Source: Deltaproteobacteria bacterium (lineage in GTDB: Bacteria; Desulfobacterota; Syntrophia; Syntrophales; UBA2185). Taken from it: a DNA stretch of 49,615 bases. The notes beneath the pieces are model-generated. The model ran no database searches, was not told where the DNA came from, and saw only the letters and a list, made by a program, of their open reading frames with translations. Below, in pieces: positions 21,628-28,149 of the stretch (positions are counted from its first letter, which is position 1; every line of letters starts with the position of its first letter). Where the stretch lies: NCBI GenBank assembly GCA_037143735.1, contig JBAWYD010000001.1, positions 1-49,615 of the forward strand, given 5' to 3'. The position numbers were made by a program, and so were the translations under genes.

Positions 21628-23337
21628 CTAACCATCCTCCCCATCCTCTTCTGAAACATTCAGAGATAGCAGATTGACGGCTTCGACGGAGGGAAGTTCC
21701 TGCACGTTCTTGAGCTTTCTTCCAATAGCTCTCGACCGGACCTTGGCCTTTTCGATGGTGTCCGTTGCCTGATGCAGTTTGTTCTGAACGATGTCCAGAA
21801 CATCGCCGTACTTCGTCCATTCGGTCTTGACCGCCGCAAGAAGGTTCCATACCTCGCTGGAACGCTCCTGAATGGCAAGCGTGCGGAACCCCATCTGAAG
21901 GCTGTTCAAAATGGACCAAAGGGTAGTCGGACCGGCGATCACCACCCGGCACTCCCTTTGGATGACCTCGGTCAACCCGGGTCTTCGGATGACTTCGGCA
22001 AAAAGTCCCTCGATGGGCAGGAACAGAATGCCGAAATCCGTGGTCTTTGGGGGGCTCAGGTATTTCTCGCAGATGTCCCTGGCGCAGCTCTTGACGCGGT
22101 TCTCAAGCTGTTTTCCTGCTACTTCCACACCCTCTACATCGACCTTCTCTTGAGCCTCAATCAGACGTTGATAGTCTTCGACAGGGAACTTGGCATCAAT
22201 CGGGAGCCAGACGGTCTCATCCTTCTCCAAACCTTGTCCCGGCAACTTGATCGCAAACTCGACACGCTCGCCGCCATCCCTCGTGGCCACGTTCATGGCG
22301 AACTGATCGGGATTGAGAACCTGCTCCAACAGCGCCCCAAGTTGCACTTCACCCCAAGTCCCACGCGTCTTGACGTTCGTAAGTACCTTTTTGAGGTCGC
22401 CAACGCCCGTGGCAAGTGTCTGCATCTCCCCAAGCCCCTTGTGCACCTGCTCCAGGCGTTCGCTGACTTGTTTAAAGGATTCTCCCAGACGTTTTTCCAG
22501 CGTCCCTTGAAGTTTTTCGTCCACGGTCTGTCGCATTTGATCAAGCTGTTTGGCGTTGTCGATCTGCATGCTTTGAAGTTTGCCTTCCACCGTAACTCTG
22601 ACCGCCTCAAGTTTTTTCTCATTTGAATCGGAAAGCTTTCCGATCGCCGCCGACATTGTTTCAAGTTGGGTTTTTTGGACATTGGCCATCTCCCCCATTG
22701 TTTTGGTGGTGGCTTCTGTGATCCCTTTGAGAGCCGCTATGACCTCTTCCCTTAATTGTTTAGCACCTGTGGCCGATTCAGTTCGTATACCATCGAGTTT
22801 CTCACCACTGGTCTTTGTCAAGGAGGCGATCTGTCCTGAGAATGTTTCAAGCTGAGCTTTTTCGGCAACGGCCAAATCTTTCATCGTCTTGGCCATCGTC
22901 TCAGAGATGCTTTTGAGGGTCGTCACGACTTCTTCACGAAGCTGCTTAGCCCCTAAGGCTGATTCTGAACGCACGCCGTCCAACCGCTCACCGCTGGCAT
23001 GGGCAAAGGCACCGAGCTGACCCGAGAAAGCATCGAGTTGCCCTTTTTGTATATTGGCAACATCCATCATTCGCTGAACCACGGAATCACCGAAGGTTTT
23101 GAAGGCTTCGGTGAGTTCATGCCGCTGTTCCCTTGCTGCCTTGCTGAGTTCATCCCGGCTGTGAGCCACTTCCTCCCGGACCGCTCGTTCGGTACGTTCC
23201 TGCGCTTTTTCGAAGGCATCGAGGCGGGGAGCAAGCACAGCGGCGTCGCTTTGCGATGCCTTCTTTAAGAGAATCAACAGGAGCCCGATAACAACAACCA
23301 GCATGATCAATGCTGCAATCAACAGGGTATCAGACAT
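21628..23337 (-). CDS. rmuC: DNA recombination protein RmuC with an expanded N-terminal coiled coil
   Basis: N-terminal TM helix and a long coiled coil. The C-terminal nuclease-like region ('VEFAIKLPG', 'LPIDAKFPVEDY', 'FGILFLPIEGLFAE') is typical of RmuC. I prefer the ATG at 23337 (GGGAGGAG RBS 8 nt upstream) over 23391. Confidence 0.9.
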   Translation of the reverse strand: MSDTLLIAALIMLVVVIGLLLILLKKASQSDAAVLAPRLDAFEKAQERTERAVREEVAHSRDELSKAAREQRHELTEAFKTFGDSVVQRMMDVANIQKGQLDAFSGQLGAFAHASGERLDGVRSESALGAKQLREEVVTTLKSISETMAKTMKDLAVAEKAQLETFSGQIASLTKTSGEKLDGIRTESATGAKQLREEVIAALKGITEATTKTMGEMANVQKTQLETMSAAIGKLSDSNEKKLEAVRVTVEGKLQSMQIDNAKQLDQMRQTVDEKLQGTLEKRLGESFKQVSERLEQVHKGLGEMQTLATGVGDLKKVLTNVKTRGTWGEVQLGALLEQVLNPDQFAMNVATRDGGERVEFAIKLPGQGLEKDETVWLPIDAKFPVEDYQRLIEAQEKVDVEGVEVAGKQLENRVKSCARDICEKYLSPPKTTDFGILFLPIEGLFAEVIRRPGLTEVIQRECRVVIAGPTTLWSILNSLQMGFRTLAIQERSSEVWNLLAAVKTEWTKYGDVLDIVQNKLHQATDTIEKAKVRSRAIGRKLKNVQELPSVEAVNLLSLNVSEEDGEDG

Positions 23338-23487
23338 GATCCAACTCCTCCCAAAATTTGTTTGTTGAATAGACCGGTTACTTTCGGTCATTCATCTATT
23401 TACCTGTATTTTCCCTATATCTTTATGTTGATGTCATAGCTACTAACCCCCATGCCGGGGTCGGGCACATCCGAGGGGTAGGATTGA

Positions 23488-23643
23488 TTAGTAGTCTATG
23501 TGCAGTTTGGATAGAATATCCGGTGAGTCTCGCTTTACAATGTGGTAAGCCACCTTCTCATTACAATATGCCACAAAATCACCCGCCTCCAACGCTTCTT
23601 TCAAGACGGTGTAGTAGTCAACCGCTGGAGTAATAATCAACAC
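23488..23643 (-). pseudogene. Truncated tandem paralog of the 23692..23979 ORF (51 codons from a GTG; could be a gene remnant or a small functional ORF)
   Basis: Hand translation gives VLIITPAVDYYTVLKEALEAGDFVAYCNEKVAYHIVKRDSPDILSKLHIDY. This aligns with the C-terminal half of the upstream ORF (FAVAYYVILDDALSNGDFVLYNSGPPPTYRVVRKGQPDIMS). It is in the same frame and follows two in-frame stops. Confidence 0.4.
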
Positions 23644-23691
23644 TCTATGAGAAGCTCAACCGGTATGCTGGAGCTTCCGAGTAGAAGTGAT

Positions 23692-23979
23692 TTACTGTTT
23701 CATGGACATGATGTCTGGCTGTCCTTTTCTCACAACGCGATATGTCGGTGGTGGTCCGCTATTGTATAGAACGAAGTCACCATTTGATAAAGCATCATCC
23801 AGTATCACATAATAAGCAACCGCAAACTGATGTTCCCTTAATTTGGATTGTATCTCTTCAATGGTAACAAATTTGTCCAAACTTGGATCAATTTTAGAAA
23901 TAATCATTGAATGTGGTTTTGGTTTAGTTTCTTCTAATGCCGCCAAGAACTCTCCTTTTGTAAAAACCTTGCCTGTCAA
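23692..23979 (-). CDS. Small hypothetical protein (95 aa, TTG start), last gene of the candidate defence operon
   Basis: Open frame co-directional with the operon and 96 nt downstream of the glycosylase gene. No recognisable motif. A truncated paralog lies immediately downstream. Confidence 0.55.
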   Translation of the reverse strand: MTGKVFTKGEFLAALEETKPKPHSMIISKIDPSLDKFVTIEEIQSKLREHQFAVAYYVILDDALSNGDFVLYNSGPPPTYRVVRKGQPDIMSMKQ

Positions 23980-24075
23980 TATATCGCCCCCCGCTTTAAC
24001 ATTATTGATAACTAATCGAAATCATTCATTTTCATCGAGGTTGGCTGGTTGTGTATATCAGGAATCTATTATCTT

Positions 24076-24855
24076 TTACAATTTCTTATAAAAACAATGC
24101 TTTACAACAAGACATTTACTGCATGTTGGCACATTTTCAAGACAGATACCCTGGGGAAGTCCAATGTCCATATCATCTTCGATATGCCCAAATTTCACCA
24201 TGATAATGTCTACATATCTATGGCTATAGCCGGTTTCTTCAGCAAATTTGTTGCAGACTTGCCGTGCGTCATCAAGGCAAGTTTCATTTCTGACCAATTG
24301 CAGGCGGCTCAATACCCTCATAATAACCCTGTCAGGTTTTATCGTTTTTGCCCCGATATCCGTGAGAAAATGGTGCACTGTCGCCTCGCCCATATAAGAG
24401 AAGGTATGTCTAAGGATCGTTGCCGCCTTTTCGAGATCTTCCGGGCTTCGGTTAAAATTCAAAGACCCCAGATAGTTTTTAAAGGAACCATGCCGCTTCG
24501 TTATGGCCTCTACGATTTTTGCGTTTGAAATGGCTGACCTTATTTTAGCGGGATGCCTGATCATCTTTGAATCTGTCAGGATCTTATTGAAATCGGACTC
24601 ATCATATCGGGCAACTGTTTTGTAGTCTGGGAAATATCCTTTGATTGTATCGATCTTGCTCGTTACGGTCTTGCTTTTCATGCCTGCGTAAAAAGGGATG
24701 TAGGCAAGAACCTGATAAAGGTAATTGTCATCGAAGGCTTCAAAGTCAAAGTGCTTGAACCGCTCGAATCTGCTGAGCACTGTCTCACGCGAATAATTTG
24801 AATTTTTAATGATGGTTTCCAGAATCAAATCGAATATATTTCTATGCTTTCCCAT
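24076..24855 (-). CDS. HhH-superfamily DNA glycosylase (Tag/EndoIII-like, MpgII-type) with a C-terminal [4Fe-4S] cluster loop
   Basis: 'AGMKSKTV...FPDYKTVARYDESDFNKILTDSKMIRHPAKIRSAISNAKIV...HGSFKNYL' aligns with E. coli Tag ('AGLSWITV...FDPVKVAAM...AGIIRHRGKIQAIIGNARAY...FADFVW'). An HhH-plus-Asp segment 'MGEATVHHFLTDIGAKTIKPDRVIMRV' is present. The C-terminal 'CLENVPTCSKCLVVKHC' is exactly C-X6-C-X2-C-X5-C, as in EndoIII and MutY. I prefer the ATG at 24855 (AGAGGA RBS) over 24924. Confidence 0.8.
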   Translation of the reverse strand: MGKHRNIFDLILETIIKNSNYSRETVLSRFERFKHFDFEAFDDNYLYQVLAYIPFYAGMKSKTVTSKIDTIKGYFPDYKTVARYDESDFNKILTDSKMIRHPAKIRSAISNAKIVEAITKRHGSFKNYLGSLNFNRSPEDLEKAATILRHTFSYMGEATVHHFLTDIGAKTIKPDRVIMRVLSRLQLVRNETCLDDARQVCNKFAEETGYSHRYVDIIMVKFGHIEDDMDIGLPQGICLENVPTCSKCLVVKHCFYKKL

Positions 24856-24901
24856 TTTAATCCTCTTATCCCAGTAATATTGTATAATTGACCATGATGT
24901 T

Positions 24902-25843
24902 TCAGGGGGACGTTGAAAAACCATCCCGTGTGACTTTGTTCGATCCTTGAATCAATATCTCGTCAAGCGGATCATAAGCAGCCGTTTCCTTTTGATAATC
25001 TTTCCAGCGTTTTTCATAAACAGTCTGCGCCAAAAGTGATACATCCGTCGTTCTGCCTTCATCATCCGACTCATCAAGACCGTAGTCGTAACGAATTCCA
25101 CCGCGTTCAGTCAGAATATACCGGGCATGGGGTTTGTCACCGTCTGGTTTTTCCTTCCAACGGAAAACACGCAATTGCGAACCTTCCGGTAGGATTGGAG
25201 ACAAATAATTCTGGCAACGCTCCTGCCAGATATCCAGAGGAGGAGGGGGCTTTTTTATCGATTCTTTATACTCGGCATGAAGTTCACAACGGCGGGGCTT
25301 GTTGTTTTCGAAGGTAAAATTGATGATATGGGAAAATGTATCCCGGAATCTCGGTAATTCCGGATTGAAATGAGGATCAATCATCATGATTTCTTTACTG
25401 AAATTTAAAAGCGATCTTGCGCAAACCGCAAGATCGTATGCCTTTCGCGGCACTATTTTTTCCCTCGGGACATTCCATAGCTCGATTGTTTCATCAATGT
25501 CTTCCGCAATCAGGACTTTTTCGTGATTTCTCGGATTTTCACATGAGATAATGGCGTGAAAAAATTTAATGTCATGTTGATTTTCGGCGTTTTCGAGCCA
25601 GCCTCGTTCTGAAGAGTAATTCCTGTTGGAATTTATCAGCTTATGCTCCATATTGCGCAGCTTTTCAACAACGGCCGTCCTTTTCACTCCCTCTATAATA
25701 CAGTGGCTTATCGCCTCTTTCTGCCATCTTCGGGGGAAACGGGATATCAGTCTGCCATGGTGAACACCGCACTGGTCAATCACATATTTGAACGTTGGCC
25801 AGTTGTTGAGACAAGCGGGGTCCAGGGCAAATTCATGAATCAT
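24902..25843 (-). CDS. Hypothetical protein (313 aa), translationally coupled to the upstream ATPase
   Basis: The ATG at 25843 overlaps the ATPase stop codon as ATGA (the ORF-track start is 25888). I found no Walker, HNH, TIR, Toprim or PD-(D/E)XK motif. Candidate conserved strings are 'IMMIDPHFNP' and 'PHARYILTERGGIRYDYGLD'. Confidence 0.7.
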   Translation of the reverse strand: MIHEFALDPACLNNWPTFKYVIDQCGVHHGRLISRFPRRWQKEAISHCIIEGVKRTAVVEKLRNMEHKLINSNRNYSSERGWLENAENQHDIKFFHAIISCENPRNHEKVLIAEDIDETIELWNVPREKIVPRKAYDLAVCARSLLNFSKEIMMIDPHFNPELPRFRDTFSHIINFTFENNKPRRCELHAEYKESIKKPPPPLDIWQERCQNYLSPILPEGSQLRVFRWKEKPDGDKPHARYILTERGGIRYDYGLDESDDEGRTTDVSLLAQTVYEKRWKDYQKETAAYDPLDEILIQGSNKVTRDGFSTSP

Positions 25844-27675
25844 CAGAAAAGCTCCTTTTCGCGTTCGGTGAAAAAGCCTTCCGGCCATTTATCGATAAAA
25901 TCCCCATCCTCGGAAATGCGCAATTCCATGAGTTCCGTGCCGTGTTCCGTCGGCTTGGCATAAATGACAGCCACATCCTCTGGCTTGAGGGGTGGCTGGC
26001 CTTCCTCCAGTTCGCCGTTGGTCGTCTCCCGGATACGCCGGAGCAGGCGCAGCAGGAGATGCTCACTATGGGTTTCAATTATATATTGACATGGTTTCTT
26101 TTTCGCTCCTTCGATAAAGAAATCGGCCAATTCTGTCTGTAGACGCGGGTGAATGTGGATCTCTGGTTGCTCGATAAACTTGTAGCTCCATTCAGAACGA
26201 TCATAGTATTGCCCATTCCACTCATAGCGATCGGAAATCAGGCCGTCCACGAGTATAGGCAGGATCTGGCTTATGCCGAAGCCGACATCCTTGATGCAGG
26301 ATTCAATGCCTGTTTCCGTGCTAATGAGAACTATTTCGTAATAATCCCTGACCACAGGACGAACATTGATCTCGTAGCCTGCTTCCAGGCGCTTGAGCCA
26401 TGCGTTGACCTTCTCCAGAATGTCCGGCCTGGCAATTAGAATGTCCATCGTGTTTTCCCCTTTGCTGCCCACAGTTGCCGGCGCTGTTCCCGAATAGGCA
26501 TACATACGCTCTGGCATGGCCCGAAGAGGTCCGATATAGGTCGTCAAGGCCAGCATGTCCTGAAAACACCTAGAGGCGAGAAGAACCGCCGTGTAAGGAA
26601 GATAAAAACAGTGTGCTTCATCAGTCTCGCGCGCATCGGAAGCTCGCTGTTCTGTAAGCGCGCCAGCCTGTGATACCGCATGGATGAACCTGTACTCCTC
26701 GCCCGTAACCAATTTCTGGGGAAAACAATTACCCAGCGCGATAAGGCGATCAAAATATCCGTAATTATTGTGAAATACTGCTACCATCTCCATTAAATCA
26801 CTGTCAGACAAGTCCTGTATACTCTTTTGCAAAGATTCCAAAAAGGATAGGTAGCGCTCGCATTTTTTTATTTCCTCCTTGGCCTGGATATTCTCCAATG
26901 TATTTTCTTCCGCCTTTGCTTCCTTTGCCCTTGCTTTGGCAAGACGTTCTCTCAAAGGAGTCATCTCCTCTGTCAGGCCCATATCAGATGGTTCCTCTCC
27001 TTCTTCTTGTAGTCTTCGATTACTATCTGCGTTATAATCCCAGCGTGCCTTGACGCATGGATGATCCAGATTTAACTCTGTACGACACAACATATTTGAT
27101 GTTTTTAGTTTTTCCAGCTCCTCTTTCGCTTGTTTATAATTGGAATTTTTGATGGCTTCGGGGTCATTTTTTTCAACAAATTCTTGGATGATACTTTCCC
27201 ACATAGAGATTGCACTCTGCATCTCCGGGATGTCGTCCAGCAGGCGGTATGCTGTTACCACTTCTCCTCCGACCCGGTCGGAGATATCAATGGCCTTGAC
27301 ACGGATGTTGCGTTGCCTGTCCAAGGCAAAGCGCATACCAAGGGCAATCGTTTGTGTAGGGTTCCATACCCACGCCAAGTCATCTTCAGCCAGCGAAGAT
27401 GCATCCATAGCGATACTGAACCCAAACTCTTTCTGTTCGTTGTGGCCGTTGATAAATTCTCGGTAGGTGCCGGCATCGAGTAACTGTCCCCTGGGAATCA
27501 ACGCGCCTTGCTTGCGCCCCCCTTCATCAAGTGTCTGTTTGAACAACAGCAGCGCCTGCATAAGAGAGCTTTTCCCGGAACTATTTGGTCCATAAAGAAG
27601 AGTGATTGGCTTTAATGGGATGCGCTGCATCTTGCCGAAGGATTTGAAATTTTCGATGCCGATTTCTGTAAACAT
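25843..27675 (-). CDS. ABC/SMC-like ATPase of the AAA15/AAA21 type with a central coiled-coil insertion and a DUF3696-like C-terminal tail
   Basis: Walker A 'LYGPNSSGKSS', signature-like 'GFGISQILPIL', Walker B 'FIEQPEIHIHP', H-loop 'IIETHSEHLL'. Residues about 170-300 are charged heptad-like sequence ('RERLAKARAKEAKAEENTLENIQAKEEIKK'). The tail reads 'DGDFIDKWPEGFFTEREKELF'. AGGAGA RBS lies 6 nt upstream. Confidence 0.85.
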   Translation of the reverse strand: MFTEIGIENFKSFGKMQRIPLKPITLLYGPNSSGKSSLMQALLLFKQTLDEGGRKQGALIPRGQLLDAGTYREFINGHNEQKEFGFSIAMDASSLAEDDLAWVWNPTQTIALGMRFALDRQRNIRVKAIDISDRVGGEVVTAYRLLDDIPEMQSAISMWESIIQEFVEKNDPEAIKNSNYKQAKEELEKLKTSNMLCRTELNLDHPCVKARWDYNADSNRRLQEEGEEPSDMGLTEEMTPLRERLAKARAKEAKAEENTLENIQAKEEIKKCERYLSFLESLQKSIQDLSDSDLMEMVAVFHNNYGYFDRLIALGNCFPQKLVTGEEYRFIHAVSQAGALTEQRASDARETDEAHCFYLPYTAVLLASRCFQDMLALTTYIGPLRAMPERMYAYSGTAPATVGSKGENTMDILIARPDILEKVNAWLKRLEAGYEINVRPVVRDYYEIVLISTETGIESCIKDVGFGISQILPILVDGLISDRYEWNGQYYDRSEWSYKFIEQPEIHIHPRLQTELADFFIEGAKKKPCQYIIETHSEHLLLRLLRRIRETTNGELEEGQPPLKPEDVAVIYAKPTEHGTELMELRISEDGDFIDKWPEGFFTEREKELF

Positions 27676-27690
27676 GATGGTTCTCCTGAT

Positions 27691-27852
27691 TTATTGGCCT
27701 TTTTTCACCGCAGTAGCTTCATCCTCTTCAACTTTCTTTGATAAAGCCATTCTTACATAGGTTGACATGTCACAGTTAAACCTCTCAGCCTGTTTCTGAA
27801 TTCTTTCCTTAAATGCGTGGTTCGCTCTGATTATCATTACTGAAGTCTTCAT
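27691..27852 (-). CDS. Ribbon-helix-helix (CopG/Arc-like) DNA-binding protein, first gene of the operon
   Basis: 'MKTSVMIIRANHAFKERIQKQAERFNCDMSTYVRMALSKK' fits the beta-alpha-alpha RHH pattern. An AGGA RBS lies 7 nt upstream of the ATG at 27852. Alternative longer starts are 27945 (ATG) and 27981 (TTG). Confidence 0.65.
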   Translation of the reverse strand: MKTSVMIIRANHAFKERIQKQAERFNCDMSTYVRMALSKKVEEDEATAVKKGQ

Positions 27853-27988
27853 GCTTCTTTCCTTTGAGGGCAATTTGACATGATGGTTGTGCAAGCTGTG
27901 AGACAAAGCATTAAAATGAGCAACATTCCTGTAATGATCTTCCATGACATTTCCTGCCTCCCTTGATATGTATTTACTCAAGGGCTAG

Positions 27989-28004
27989 AGCAGGTTCTAT
28001 GCCA
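27989..28004 (-). promoter_or_regulatory. Candidate sigma-54 (-24/-12) promoter
   Basis: The minus strand reads TGGCAT-AGAAC-CTGCT against the consensus TGGCAC-N5-TTGCW. The GG and GC dinucleotides have the correct 10-nt separation. It sits in the intergenic region upstream of the RHH/ATPase operon and 1.4 kb from a sigma-54 activator gene. Confidence 0.55.
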
Positions 28005-28080
28005 GGTACATGTATCTCATATAATGTCATGATATTGTTAGATTATTAAATTTGTGCGTTTTTTATAGCTGAAAGAAAAC

Positions 28081-28094
28081 GTAATATATATTAC
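28081..28094. promoter_or_regulatory. Perfect 14-bp palindrome, candidate enhancer (UAS)/operator
   Basis: GTAATATATATTAC is its own reverse complement. It lies about 77 bp upstream of the -24 element, a typical distance for bEBP binding sites. Confidence 0.3.
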
Positions 28095-28149
28095 TATAAC
28101 AGTAAACATCGTTACCTTAAAACGCCTTCAGATATGTTTGTTCCAGCCG

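Noticed and set aside
24950-25150. PLD-like HxK(x)4D motif in the 313-aa unknown protein ('HARYILTE')
   Set aside because: It has Arg instead of Lys and Glu instead of Asp, lacks the following GSxN, and occurs only once. That is too degenerate to call.
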